Source: a virus. From it: a DNA stretch of 46,495 nucleotides. Below are positions 1 to 9,741 of the stretch, in pieces. The DNA lies in the IMG/VR virus record IMGVR_UViG_3300050505_000421, positions 90,579 to 137,073 of that record; one strand, 5' to 3'. The first letter of the stretch is position 1. Every line of letters begins with the position of its first letter. Made by a program: the position numbers and the translations under genes. The notes beneath the pieces are model-generated. The model did not search any database and was not told the DNA's origin. It saw only the letters and a list, made by a program, of their open reading frames with translations.

Positions 1-939
1 ATCGACCCGCATGCCGAGGCGTGCGGGCGCGCCTACCGAACCGGGCAGCTCGGCACGTCGCGCGTCGTCTTCAACGGCGCCTACGACGAGTGTCCGCTGC
101 CCGACCTCATCTACTCGCCCGCGATGCTCATTGGCGGCATCCTCGAGGGCGGCGTCGGCGACAGCACCGGCGTCGTGCTCGCGGACGGCGGCTTCATGAC
201 GCAGTGGAACAGCCAGTGGCGCGGCAGCGGCGCCGGAGCTGGTAACCCGGCCGGCACCGAGAGCGGCACCATGACGTTCAGCCGGGTGAACGGACAGCCC
301 GTGGTCTTCGGCTTCCGGTCCACGCGGGAGATCTACGGCGGCATCGACTTCAAGTTCAACTACTACGCTGGCCACCCCTACTGGTACGCGTACGACTACG
401 GCGACGGCGCCGGCGGGTCGTTCATGATCAGCGGCGAAGACGCCGAGGACGTGTTCTGGCCAGAGGTGCTCAAGAACATCACGCCCAACGCGATCGGCGG
501 CAACCGTCCTGGCTTCGGCGAGGGCTTCTATCACGGGCACAGCTGGTGGCATCACGGCATCGCCGCGCCCACCGCCGGCGAGAACGCCGCCGGGTTCGCG
601 ACATGGAACAAGTACGATCGCCGTTGGGCGAGCGCTGGTGCAACGATCGGCGCTGGCAAGGACGGCTGGGTCTGCACGCACAGCGGCACGTTCGGCACCT
701 ACTCCGAGGGCCGCACCGCGACCGCGACCGGCACGAACGTGATCACGCTGAACAGTGCCTCGACCGTGCTTCTCAAGGGGCGCGTCATCACCGTCAACGG
801 CGTCACCGCGCGCATCTCGGCGGTCTCCGGCACGAGCCTCACGCTGGTGGACGAGGACAAGGGCGGCGGTTCGAGGAACGTCGGAGCCGGCAGCGGCCTG
901 GCGATCGTATTCTCTCCGCCGACCTTCGCGGAGTTCTAG
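1..939 (+). CDS. Virion structural/tail-associated protein, 5'-truncated by the window
   Basis: Frame 1 is open from base 1 (IDPHAEACGRAYRTG...) to TAG at 937-939. Gly/Thr/aromatic-rich, with a beta-rich C-terminus (VITVNGVTARISAVSGTSLTLVD). Lies upstream of the lysis-type genes. Confidence 0.55.
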   Translation: MDPHAEACGRAYRTGQLGTSRVVFNGAYDECPLPDLIYSPAMLIGGILEGGVGDSTGVVLADGGFMTQWNSQWRGSGAGAGNPAGTESGTMTFSRVNGQPVVFGFRSTREIYGGIDFKFNYYAGHPYWYAYDYGDGAGGSFMISGEDAEDVFWPEVLKNITPNAIGGNRPGFGEGFYHGHSWWHHGIAAPTAGENAAGFATWNKYDRRWASAGATIGAGKDGWVCTHSGTFGTYSEGRTATATGTNVITLNSASTVLLKGRVITVNGVTARISAVSGTSLTLVDEDKGGGSRNVGAGSGLAIVFSPPTFAEF

Positions 940-1220
940 TCGTCCGGCAGGTTCGCGAAGTAGGAGCGCGCCGGGTCCTCCCCTGACTCCCGTCCAACCA
1001 TCACGAGCGGAACACCGTCGGCCGAGGCCTTCGTCACGAAATCACGTGGTCGAAGCGTCTCTCCGATACGGCAGAGCGTGTCGAGTGAACTGCGTTCCCC
1101 GGGAAGCTTGGCCCACTCACACTCGTGATGGTGCTCCGCAGTGAGAGGCTGACGCTGACCCCAACTCTCCCGGAGAATCTGTCGAGCTCGCGCCTTCGAC
1201 ATGAACGGCGTATCTGGCAT
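936..1220 (-). CDS. Hypothetical protein (94 aa), opposite orientation to its neighbours
   Basis: ATG at 1220 is preceded by the AAGGAAG-containing dispersed motif (1225-1242). Begins MPDTPFMSKARARQILRESW. Confidence 0.5.
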   Translation of the reverse strand: MPDTPFMSKARARQILRESWGQRQPLTAEHHHECEWAKLPGERSSLDTLCRIGETLRPRDFVTKASADGVPLVMVGRESGEDPARSYFANLPDD

Positions 1221-1224
1221 CTCA

Positions 1225-1242
1225 CTTCTTCCTTGTGTTTGG
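1225..1242 (-). repeat. Dispersed 16-18 bp motif, copy (CCAAACACAAGGAAGAAG)
   Basis: Same motif at 11125(+), 11145(-), 14134(-), 25087(+), 31826(-), 37664(+), 39209(-), 43761(-), 43790(+). Degenerate copies at 4409(+) and 32531(+). Confidence 0.85.
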
Positions 1243-1285
1243 TGTGTCCGTAAGTCGAGGATCAGTTTACAGCAAACACGTTGTC

Positions 1286-1315
1286 TTGACACGGGGGGGC
1301 GTGCGCCGATATGGT
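1286..1315 (+). promoter_or_regulatory. Sigma70-type promoter; probable leaderless transcript of the holin-like gene
   Basis: TTGACA (1286-1291), 18-bp spacer containing G7, TATGGT (1310-1315). ATG lies 7 nt downstream at 1322 with no SD. Confidence 0.6.
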
Positions 1316-1321
1316 TCTTGA

Positions 1322-1834
1322 ATGACACCAGAGACGCTGCCTGCAGCGCCGGATACCGGCGCCCTGATCAACGAGTTCCTGAAGATCGTGCAGAACTTTG
1401 GTACCGCGGGCTGGTTTGTCAGTCTCGGAGCCGCTGTTCTTCTGCTCACGCAGGTGACCAAGTTGCCATTCTTGGATCGCTGGCTCAGTAAGCCTGTGTG
1501 GCTGCGTCCCGCCATTTCGGCAGGGCTCGGCGCCCTCGGCGGTTTCCTCAGCGGTTTCGCTTTGGGAGGCTTGCCGAAGGCCTTGATGGGCTTGGTGACA
1601 GGAGCGATGTCCGGCTTCGCTGCGATCGGCGTGCATCAGTTTGCCTCGCGGCTCTCGACAAGCGGCAGTAACGAGGTGGAGGCCGGTCGTGTTCTGAAGA
1701 CGTTCGTAGCGTCTTCAGAGGCAGAGATCGGTGCCAAGGCCGCGGAACTGCACGCGGCTGTCGATGCGATGGCCAAGGAAAGCGACAAGAAGAAGCGCTT
1801 GGCGGCCCTCGCCGCACTTGGCAACCGCCCGTAG
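1322..1834 (+). CDS. Holin-like membrane protein
   Basis: Three hydrophobic segments (GWFVSLGAAVLLLTQV; AISAGLGALGGFLSGFALGG; LMGLVTGAMSGFAAIGV) and a charged C-terminus. Sits after a tail gene. Confidence 0.55.
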   Translation: MTPETLPAAPDTGALINEFLKIVQNFGTAGWFVSLGAAVLLLTQVTKLPFLDRWLSKPVWLRPAISAGLGALGGFLSGFALGGLPKALMGLVTGAMSGFAAIGVHQFASRLSTSGSNEVEAGRVLKTFVASSEAEIGAKAAELHAAVDAMAKESDKKKRLAALAALGNRP

Positions 1835-1843
1835 GAGAAAACC

Positions 1844-2275
1844 GTGTTCAAGACACACCGACCACAGGACGATCCGCGCTGGGCTTTCTGGGTGCTCATC
1901 TTTCTGGTCTTGAACCTTGCCCTAGCGCGCGTCACGTATGCAGACACCGGTGCGCCGCCGGCCAGTTTGCCCGCAGTTCCTCCGATCGTCGGTCTCTTGG
2001 CGGGTGATCCTGCACCGAACGATGGTCTCCTTGTTCCAGAGGAAACCTTCAAAGGCTTCTTGCACCAGAAGATCGATCTCGAGGCTTGCGGGCTACGCGT
2101 CGCGGCACGGGACAAGGCGATTGCCGACTACTTGGCAACACCGCCACCGGTAGCAAAGGGACCGGACTTGGGTTGGAAGTTCACAACCGGGGCTGCGGTA
2201 GGCTTCGTGATCGGAGTCTTGGTAACAGGAGCTCTCACCTACGCTGCCGTGAAGGTTGTGCAGGCAACGCAGTGA
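1844..2275 (+). CDS. Membrane protein with N-terminal signal/TM and C-terminal TM (spanin-like topology)
   Basis: WAFWVLIFLVLNLALA at the N-terminus and GAAVGFVIGVLVTGALTYAAV at the C-terminus. AGGAG SD before the GTG. Next to the holin-like gene. Confidence 0.45.
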   Translation: MFKTHRPQDDPRWAFWVLIFLVLNLALARVTYADTGAPPASLPAVPPIVGLLAGDPAPNDGLLVPEETFKGFLHQKIDLEACGLRVAARDKAIADYLATPPPVAKGPDLGWKFTTGAAVGFVIGVLVTGALTYAAVKVVQATQ

Positions 2276-2568
2276 ATGCCACGCCGTATCAAGAGATTCG
2301 CGAGCGCTTGATGGCGCTTGAGGAGTGTCTCGCGCAACTCGCCGGTCCCGGCTTAGTCATGCGCGCGGCGCAGCGCCTCATCAACGAGACCTTGAAGATC
2401 GTTGGGGACCTTGGAGCGGAAGACACGCAGATCACACAGGAGATGTGTCCGCACGGCGTGCGTGTGATCACTGGCGGCATGGGCACACGCTGCTCTTGTT
2501 GTGGAACGGCGACGTTCACGAAGCAGTGCGCGACGTGTTCACAACCGCCACCGAGGGCTTTGCGTTGA
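2272..2568 (+). CDS. Small hypothetical protein with Cys-rich C-terminus
   Basis: GTGA overlap with the previous stop. Contains CPHG...CSCCG...CATC. Confidence 0.5.
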   Translation: MNATPYQEIRERLMALEECLAQLAGPGLVMRAAQRLINETLKIVGDLGAEDTQITQEMCPHGVRVITGGMGTRCSCCGTATFTKQCATCSQPPPRALR

Positions 2569-3101
2569 GCACACTCATTTTGCAGACACTCGCGGCGAGC
2601 GGAGATCCCGGTCCGACTTGGTCTACTGTACTCGCCATTCTTAGCGGTATCGTGGCTGTTCTTACAGTTGTAACACCCGTAGCTTGGTTCCTTTTCGGGC
2701 GCTTCCTGAAGAAGTACGACGTGGTCGTCGAGAAGGCACTCGCGGCTGTCCCGCACGAGAAATTGCTCCAGACAGAAGGAACACTGAAGCAACTGGTAAA
2801 GGACGCGGTCGCAGAAGTGAAGCAAGAGACGGCCACGAACACAAAGGCATCCATCGAAGGCATCGCCGGGATGGTTGCGGGTGTCACTTACCGCGTGGAG
2901 AAGTTGCAGAAGACGGTCGACACACACGCCCTTGACACACAGGTCGGCGCTGTACAAGCGACGCGGGAACGGGCTGAACTACTGCGCACTGTTCACTTGC
3001 AGGGCGACATCCTGATTGACGTGAAGAAGGGCTTGAAGATCACGCAGGACCAACTCAAGACGCACATCTCCACGGCTGGCCTGCACAAGTCCGGAAAGTA
3101 A
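2565..3101 (+). CDS. Single-TM coiled-coil membrane protein (lysis region)
   Basis: TTGA overlap start with GAGG SD. TM segment VLAILSGIVAVLTVVTPVAWFLF followed by a helical region. Confidence 0.55.
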   Translation: MSTLILQTLAASGDPGPTWSTVLAILSGIVAVLTVVTPVAWFLFGRFLKKYDVVVEKALAAVPHEKLLQTEGTLKQLVKDAVAEVKQETATNTKASIEGIAGMVAGVTYRVEKLQKTVDTHALDTQVGAVQATRERAELLRTVHLQGDILIDVKKGLKITQDQLKTHISTAGLHKSGK

Positions 3102-3107
3102 CTGCAC

Positions 3108-3440
3108 ATGGCGCTCGTTGGAACAACCGGGAAGTCGATCACGTTCAACCTCACGACACCAGACGGTCGCACCGATCTGTTTCCTCGCGCTGAGATTTAT
3201 CATCCATCAACAGGCTTCATCATAGGGATCCCGATGACGCACCAAGCAAAGGGCATATTCCGCGCCACGCACACGTGCGGCGCGCCGGAGACGTACGTGG
3301 TGTTCTACGGTGTGTACACAGACGCCGGTTTCACGACGCCCTTCCTTGGCTATTCGAACGTCTCCGACGATTTGATCGTCGAGGAGATCGACCTCTTGGA
3401 CGTCCGGCAATCGATCGGACGCCTGGCGAACACGCGGTAA
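3108..3440 (+). CDS. Hypothetical beta-rich protein, possibly a virion component
   Basis: Compact 110-aa ORF with alternating hydrophobic strands (GIFRATHTCGAPETYVVFYGVY). Confidence 0.5.
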   Translation: MALVGTTGKSITFNLTTPDGRTDLFPRAEIYHPSTGFIIGIPMTHQAKGIFRATHTCGAPETYVVFYGVYTDAGFTTPFLGYSNVSDDLIVEEIDLLDVRQSIGRLANTR

Positions 3441-3505
3441 TGAACTTGCGGTCCTAATCGCAGAAGAGTACCGTTTCCTGCTCTGGGGGAAGTGGGAGCT
3501 CAGCA

Positions 3506-4423
3506 GTGTCGACGGTTCAACCTGTGGCGGACAGCCACTTCGCACGTGCTGCTTTTGAGTACGCACGGTTCGGCCTGCGCCTCGTTCCCTCTTGCAGCCC
3601 TCATCACGGACGTTGTCGCTACCACGGACTTAGCTGTACGTCCCCTGGCAAGGTCCCCTTGGTCAAGTGGACGCCGTTCCAGTCCCGCGCACCGACCGAG
3701 CAGGAGCTCCGAACATGGTGGTGGACTTGGCCGCAGGCCAACCTGTCCATCGTCTGCGGCTACCCTGTTCAAGAGAATTTGTACCTTGTGGTCGTGGACA
3801 TAGAGGAGGAAGGTGTAGAAGCGTTCTGGAAGACGCAGCCGCCTCGCACGCCGACATACGCGTCCCAGGGCCACGGCGTGCACCTTTGGTTCACTACTGG
3901 GCAACCTCTGAAGGCGCGTCGACTCGAGATCGACGGGAAGTTCATCGGCGACCTGCGCGGGTACGGAAGCCTGGCAACCATCCCGCCCTCCGCCGGCGTA
4001 AAGGGCTGGTACCAATGGTACCCCGGGCTCGCGCTTGGCGAGGTCGGGATAGCCACACTTCCCTTGTGGTTGACGCAGGTTCCGGACAAGCCGGAGGGCG
4101 ATCGGTACAACCTCGCCGTTCACGGGATCAGGCTCCTGAAGAATCCTCATCCCATCATCAACCGACTCCCACTACGCACTCAGCGCGTTCTTCTTGGAGA
4201 CGATTATCGCTGCCTCGACCGCTCTCGGTTCGATGCCAAAGTTGTGAAGGAACTGGTGGAACTCGGCGCGGACGATCAGACGATCCAAGACGTGCTGTTG
4301 TGGCCGCGAGGTTCTAAGGCGCAAGAACGGCTTCAACTCGCGGGTCCCGGAAGCTGCAAGGAATACGTGCGTCGCACAATCGCGTGGGCTCGAAAAGCGC
4401 CCCGCATGCAAACACAGGGATGA
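3506..4423 (+). CDS. Bifunctional DNA primase/polymerase (Prim-Pol family) with helical C-terminal domain
   Basis: C..SPGKVP, WW..WPQANLSIVCG, LVVVDIE, GHGVHLWF and DLRGYGSLATIPPS..YQW are Prim-Pol motifs. Confidence 0.85.
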   Translation: MSTVQPVADSHFARAAFEYARFGLRLVPSCSPHHGRCRYHGLSCTSPGKVPLVKWTPFQSRAPTEQELRTWWWTWPQANLSIVCGYPVQENLYLVVVDIEEEGVEAFWKTQPPRTPTYASQGHGVHLWFTTGQPLKARRLEIDGKFIGDLRGYGSLATIPPSAGVKGWYQWYPGLALGEVGIATLPLWLTQVPDKPEGDRYNLAVHGIRLLKNPHPIINRLPLRTQRVLLGDDYRCLDRSRFDAKVVKELVELGADDQTIQDVLLWPRGSKAQERLQLAGPGSCKEYVRRTIAWARKAPRMQTQG

Positions 4424-4518
4424 AGTTTCTCTGGCAGACGTTCGTTGCTTCGCGCGCCGCTGGCGTGCTACCGTTTGGTACTAGGTGAGTCCAAACTCTC
4501 TGTGAGGTAGCGAGAGCC

Positions 4519-7500
4519 ATGGCAGACAACGTAACTGCAAATCCAGGCGTTGGTGGCGCGACGTTTGCGACGGACGAGATCGCCGGAGCACATCACCAGC
4601 GCGTGAAGATCACGCTGGGAATCGACGGCGTCTCTGAGGGCGACGTTGCGTCGTCCAACCCTATACCCGCAGATACAAAGAAGATTGCGGGTCAGGACAT
4701 CGCAGCCGGAGCGGGTGCGACCACAGCCGGGACGCAACGCGTCGTGCTCCCGACGGATCAGCCTGCGATTCCGGTGACAGACGGAGGTGGTTCGCTGACA
4801 GTGGACGGTTCTATCAGCGTCTCGAGCCTGCCTGCTTTGCCCGCGGGGAACAACAACATCGGGGACGTCGACGTGGCGTCCCTTCCCGCGATCACCGGTT
4901 CTGTCACTGCCAATGCGGGTACAGGTTTTCCATCGGTTTCGACGGCAGGTTCGCCGGCGCCGGCCAGCGGCATTCAAGCCCTTGGCACAGACGGAACCAA
5001 CGCACGCGCATTGAAGACCGATGCGGCGGGTGAGCTCCAGATCGATGTTCTGACGTTGCCCGCTGTCTCCGGTACGATCACAGCGAACGTTGGTACAACG
5101 GGTGGTCTCGCGCTTGACGCGACGCTTACGGGTGGCAGCGCGAAGGCGATTCCGCGCGGTATTGCAAAGGGTGGGACAGCAGCGGCGGACGTTACGGTTT
5201 CGAGCGTGGACGCGGACCACAACGCGCTTGACGTGTATGTGCGTGGTGGAAGCAGTGGCGGGGGAACGGAGTATGCCGAGGACACGGCGTCTACAGCGGC
5301 CGAGCAGCTCACGATGGCCGGCGTTGTCCGCAAGGACGCCGTCGGCTCGCTTGTTGACGCTGACGGTGACCGCACAGAACTCCAAGTCAACGCGAGCGGC
5401 TCCCTTCGCGTTGATGGAAGCGGTGTGACGCAACCGGTTTCCGGTACGGTCACAGCGAACCAGGGCGGCACGTGGAACCTCACTAACGTTTCCGGTACGG
5501 TCAGTTTGCCCACGGGTGCGTCGACGTTGGCAGAGCAGCAAACGCAAACGACGTCGCTGCAACTCATCGACGACGTTGTGCATGCGACCAACGCTGCGTT
5601 GGGCAAGGTCGCCGCGGTTGGCGGACAACTCGATGACACGGGTACTGCGGCAGCCACAGAGAACAACGTAGCTGCGGCGCGAATCACCGCGCAGCGCGCC
5701 TTCCATGTGAACCTGCGGGCCGATGGTGGTACGGAAATCGGTACGTCGGGCGCCCCTGTACGAACGGATCCGACAGGTACGACTACGCAACCGGTTTCCG
5801 GTACTGTTACCGCGAACTTGGGCTCTGCGATCCCGGCGGGGACCAACAACATCGGCGATGTGGATGTCCTCACGATGCCGGCGATCACCGGCACCGTGAC
5901 CGCGAACGCGGGCTCCGGGACATTCGCGACGCAAGACTCCGCCTCACTAGTAGACAACGCGGCGTTCGCGGATGGAACCAGCCGCCTTCTTCCTGCAGGC
6001 TATGCGTTCGACGAGGTTGCCGGAACGGCGTTGACCGAGAACGACGTTGCCGCGGCGCGCGTCGATTCAAAGCGCGCGCAGGTTCTTGTCATCGAAGACG
6101 AGACGACGCGAGGTCGGCGCGTCACGGTTACCGCTGCGAACGCGCTGAAGGTCGACGGAAGTGCGGTCACCCAACCCGTGAGCGGCACGGTCACGGCGAA
6201 CTTGGCGGCCGGAACAAACAACATCGGCGACGTTGATGTTTTGACGTTGCCCGCTCTCGTCGCGGGTAACGCAAACATTGGTGACGTAGACATCGCCAGC
6301 GCACCGACTGGCACCTCTTCGATCACAGTACAGGGAACAGCCGCTACAGACGCGGCGGTGGTGGGCAATCCTGTCTACGGTGGGGGCCGCGCGTCGGCGG
6401 CTGTGCCGACCGATGTGAGCGCGGACGGCGACGTTGTTCCGTCTTGGCATCTACGGAGCGGTGCGCAGGCCGTCCAAGTTACAGCAGCCGGCGCTCTCAT
6501 CACGGGCGATGCTGGTAACGGGCTTGATGTAGACGTTACACGCGTTGGTGGAAACGTGACAGTCGTGCAAGGCACGGCTGCAAGTTTGAAGGCGCAGGCA
6601 CAGGGAGAGGACGCGCACGACGCGGCCATCACAGGAAACCCCGCTCTTATGGGAGCCAAGGCGAGCGCTGCTGCGCCGTCGGACGTCAGTGCGGACAACG
6701 ACGCAGTGCGTGTGTGGGCCTTGCGCAACGGATCCCTGGTCGCCAACTTGGCGGCTGGTGGCGCTCTTATCACCGGCGATGCAACGAACGGTTTGGACAT
6801 CGATGTTACACGGCTTCCGGCGCTCGTAGCGGGCAACGCGAATATCGGTGATGTGGACATCGCGTCTGCGCCTACTGGAAGCTCTTCGATTACCATGCAG
6901 GGAACCGCGGCCACGGACGCGGCTGTGGTGGGTAGCCCCGTTTACACGGGTGGACGTGCGTCTGCGGCGGCCCCGACAGATGTGTCCGCTGACGGGGATG
7001 TGGTACCGGCTTGGCGCTTGCGAAGTGGCGCTGCGGCTGTTCAGGTGACCGCGGCGGGCGCGCTGATTGGTGGAGATGCGACGAATGGCCTCGACGTGGA
7101 CGTCACACGCCTGCCGGCGCTCGTCGCTGGAACCGCGAATATCGGTGACGTAGACATCGCTAGTGCGCCGACGGGCGCGAGCGCCATACAGATTCAAGGG
7201 CCGGCGGCGGACGGGGCCGCTGTCGTAGGAGGGCCCGTTCGCATCGGTGGTAAAGACGGGTCCGGCAACACCCAAGACATTCTCACGGACATAAGCGGTA
7301 ACCTGTCGACAAAGGAACTCCGCGCAGGAACATCCACGCGTTCGCAGGTTGCGGACAGCGCGACGGACGCCCAGATTCTGGCGTCCAATACGAGTCGCCT
7401 TGGCGCCGCCGTTTACAACGACTCGAGCGCGATTTTGTACCTCGGTGTTGGGACGACCACAGTCACAACGTCGAACTACACGTGCAAACTATTCCCGAAC

Positions 7501-7599
7501 GGCTACTTCGAAGTACCCGCCGGATTCACAGGTGAGTTGCGCGGTCTGTGGGCCACAGACCCGAACGACGGGGGCGCCAAGGTCACGGAGTTGACGTAG
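4519..7599 (+). CDS. Large repetitive Ala/Gly/Thr/Val-rich virion fibre or surface protein (1026 aa)
   Basis: Repeats TQPVSGTVTAN and (T/N)NNIGDVDV, LPALVAG(N/T)ANIGDVDIASAPTG x3, and three ~70-aa units ending NGLD(V/I)DVTR. Confidence 0.7.
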   Translation: MADNVTANPGVGGATFATDEIAGAHHQRVKITLGIDGVSEGDVASSNPIPADTKKIAGQDIAAGAGATTAGTQRVVLPTDQPAIPVTDGGGSLTVDGSISVSSLPALPAGNNNIGDVDVASLPAITGSVTANAGTGFPSVSTAGSPAPASGIQALGTDGTNARALKTDAAGELQIDVLTLPAVSGTITANVGTTGGLALDATLTGGSAKAIPRGIAKGGTAAADVTVSSVDADHNALDVYVRGGSSGGGTEYAEDTASTAAEQLTMAGVVRKDAVGSLVDADGDRTELQVNASGSLRVDGSGVTQPVSGTVTANQGGTWNLTNVSGTVSLPTGASTLAEQQTQTTSLQLIDDVVHATNAALGKVAAVGGQLDDTGTAAATENNVAAARITAQRAFHVNLRADGGTEIGTSGAPVRTDPTGTTTQPVSGTVTANLGSAIPAGTNNIGDVDVLTMPAITGTVTANAGSGTFATQDSASLVDNAAFADGTSRLLPAGYAFDEVAGTALTENDVAAARVDSKRAQVLVIEDETTRGRRVTVTAANALKVDGSAVTQPVSGTVTANLAAGTNNIGDVDVLTLPALVAGNANIGDVDIASAPTGTSSITVQGTAATDAAVVGNPVYGGGRASAAVPTDVSADGDVVPSWHLRSGAQAVQVTAAGALITGDAGNGLDVDVTRVGGNVTVVQGTAASLKAQAQGEDAHDAAITGNPALMGAKASAAAPSDVSADNDAVRVWALRNGSLVANLAAGGALITGDATNGLDIDVTRLPALVAGNANIGDVDIASAPTGSSSITMQGTAATDAAVVGSPVYTGGRASAAAPTDVSADGDVVPAWRLRSGAAAVQVTAAGALIGGDATNGLDVDVTRLPALVAGTANIGDVDIASAPTGASAIQIQGPAADGAAVVGGPVRIGGKDGSGNTQDILTDISGNLSTKELRAGTSTRSQVADSATDAQILASNTSRLGAAVYNDSSAILYLGVGTTTVTTSNYTCKLFPNGYFEVPAGFTGELRGLWATDPNDGGAKVTELT

Positions 7600-7602
7600 C
7601 CG

Positions 7603-8862
7603 ATGCCTCTTTTTCACTTCGCAGCTTTCAACGTTGGGGGTAATACGGCGGGGGCTACCTCGTCCGGACCCGGCAGCCTCGTGATAGCCGGCGGACCGAA
7701 CGTCACTCTCAGCGGTGCGACAGGGCAGGGTGTGATGACCCTGTCCATCTCCGTAGCGGCTCCTGGTGGTGGTGGACTCAACGCGGCGACGACGATGAGC
7801 GCTGTCGCCAGTAACAACGTCATTGGGACGAACACGGCGCGGTATGCCCCGGAGGACCATCAGCACGCCGGCGTGTTCAGCCTGGGGGCCAGCAACGTAG
7901 GAAACACAGCCGGTAACACTACCGTCGTCCCCGGGCGTTTCGTCATTGCAGGATCCGATGGTGTTACGGTTTCACAAGAGACCGCCGCTGCCGGGTTGTA
8001 CACACTACACATTCAAGCGGCGGCTGCCGCAACTACAGCGAGTCGCGTTGAATCTGCTAACGTCTCCGGGACCAACCCCCGCTTTGCACGTGAAGATCAC
8101 CAGCACGCAGGTCTGTATCAGATCAGTGTTGGCGGGAACACATCAGGAACGACGACGGCGGGGGCAGGCAGTTTCATGTTGGCGGGCGGCCCCAACATCA
8201 CGCTCAGCATGTCAACTGCAGCAGGAGGGGGTACTATCTCTGTATCCGGTCCGGCGCCGGGTACATACGAACTCTACCAACCGTTCGATGAGGCGGCGTT
8301 GGTCGCCGGTCAAGTTGGACAAGGATCCCTGTTCGTTCGTCCGTTCATGTTCCCTAACATCACGTTCGATCGCTTGGGCCTGCGTGTGATTTTCAGCGCC
8401 ACGTCCAACTCAACCGGTTCGATCACGCTCTCGCAGTGGTTTGGTATCTACACAAAGAATGCCAGTACACTGAGCTTGCTTTCTAGTACTTCGGGAACCT
8501 ACGCCCTGACATTCAGCGGAACAGGCGGAGACTACTCGTTGAACGGCGGTCCGCGTGTGATGACCATCGGCTGGACGACGTCTATCGCCGCGTCCGCCTA
8601 TTGGGTCGCGGTTATCTCCCGTACGACAAGCGGTGGTGCCAACGCATCGTTTTCACAGTACTTGATGTCGCAGATCAACAGCAACCACTCCGGAGTGCTC
8701 GGTGTAGCGTCGAATAACACGCAACAACGCGTCCTAGGCTTCGGTACATGGAGTGCGACTACATCCGCGATGCCTTCCTCCATCGCGTTCACGGCCATCA
8801 CAGGCTCCGGTTCTGTAGCCCACCGAGCTCCGATTTGGTTCTTGGGCAACGGCACCGTGTAA
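7603..8862 (+). CDS. Tail fibre-like protein
   Basis: Two (A/P)(R/P)EDHQHAG HxH motifs typical of trimeric fibre metal sites, repeated AGGPN(V/I)TLS, and a beta-rich C-terminal domain. Confidence 0.6.
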   Translation: MPLFHFAAFNVGGNTAGATSSGPGSLVIAGGPNVTLSGATGQGVMTLSISVAAPGGGGLNAATTMSAVASNNVIGTNTARYAPEDHQHAGVFSLGASNVGNTAGNTTVVPGRFVIAGSDGVTVSQETAAAGLYTLHIQAAAAATTASRVESANVSGTNPRFAREDHQHAGLYQISVGGNTSGTTTAGAGSFMLAGGPNITLSMSTAAGGGTISVSGPAPGTYELYQPFDEAALVAGQVGQGSLFVRPFMFPNITFDRLGLRVIFSATSNSTGSITLSQWFGIYTKNASTLSLLSSTSGTYALTFSGTGGDYSLNGGPRVMTIGWTTSIAASAYWVAVISRTTSGGANASFSQYLMSQINSNHSGVLGVASNNTQQRVLGFGTWSATTSAMPSSIAFTAITGSGSVAHRAPIWFLGNGTV

Positions 8863-8938
8863 GACTCCTTGACAGCGCAGGGAACGGGCTTGATCATGCA
8901 CACGCTGTAAGAACGTCAGCAGAAAACAGGGTACCGGC

Positions 8939-9730
8939 TTGGCGCAGGAGGAACAGTTCGTTCACCGAAGTGGAATGGAACCGGCCGTCCGTGTAGATGG
9001 GCTCGCGCGACGTTTGTCAGGCGCGGGCTTCGACCGCATCGAAACACTCAGCGGTGCGACGTTCAAAGACTGCAGAACGGTGGTCATCGTTCCGACGCGC
9101 GGCCTCGTCCCGATCCGCGTAGTGCACGCGTGGCAGAGCTTGATCCAGCCCATGAACCAAGCGCGCTTCATGATCAGCGCGACCGGTGACGAGGTCGGCA
9201 CGGCGTACAACAGGCTGATCCAGACCATTCTCAACAGCGACATTCGCAACTGGCCGTACGTTCTGACGCTCGAAGACGACAATCTACCGCCACCGGACGC
9301 GCACATCCGACTCCTCGAGACCATGCAGATGGGCTTCGATGCGGTGTCTGGGCTCTACTGGACAAAGGGACCGTTCAACATGCCGATGGCGTACGGGGAC
9401 CCGGACGCGCATCGGCGCACGGGTGTGTTGGATTTCGAGCCCCGAGATGTGCGTCCGTTCTTGTCCGGCGAGAAGCGCGGCAACGTGATGGAGGTGAACG
9501 GGATCGCGATGGGCTGCGCGCTGTGGCGCATGTCGATGTTCATTGATCTCGCACCACCTTGGTACTACAGCGTCTCTGATGTCATGCACACACCAGCAGG
9601 CCCGCGTCCGATGGGCATGACGCAGGACCTCTACTTCTGTCGGCGCGCTCGGCAAATGGGCAAGCGCTTTGCCGTCGACCTTCGTGTTAAGGTCGGGCAC
9701 CTCGACGTACAGACCGGAACGGTCTACTAG
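8939..9730 (+). CDS. GT-A fold glycosyltransferase (GT2-like); start may be ATG 8975
   Basis: VVIVPTRG, YVLTLEDDN (DxD-like), VSGLY, GIAMGCAL, QDLYFC, VDLRVKVGH. Confidence 0.8.
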   Translation: MAQEEQFVHRSGMEPAVRVDGLARRLSGAGFDRIETLSGATFKDCRTVVIVPTRGLVPIRVVHAWQSLIQPMNQARFMISATGDEVGTAYNRLIQTILNSDIRNWPYVLTLEDDNLPPPDAHIRLLETMQMGFDAVSGLYWTKGPFNMPMAYGDPDAHRRTGVLDFEPRDVRPFLSGEKRGNVMEVNGIAMGCALWRMSMFIDLAPPWYYSVSDVMHTPAGPRPMGMTQDLYFCRRARQMGKRFAVDLRVKVGHLDVQTGTVY

Positions 9731-9741
9731 GAGCACGCACG

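Noticed and set aside
4468-7388. Long - strand ORFs opposite the 1026-aa gene, and similar shadow ORFs elsewhere (e.g. 17722..18666, 21586..22587, 40157..41173)
   Set aside because: Typical antisense shadows of high-GC genes with no recognisable motifs.
8869-8897. Promoter TTGACA-17-GATCAT before the glycosyltransferase
   Set aside because: The -35 is perfect but the -10 is poor; not enough support to call it.
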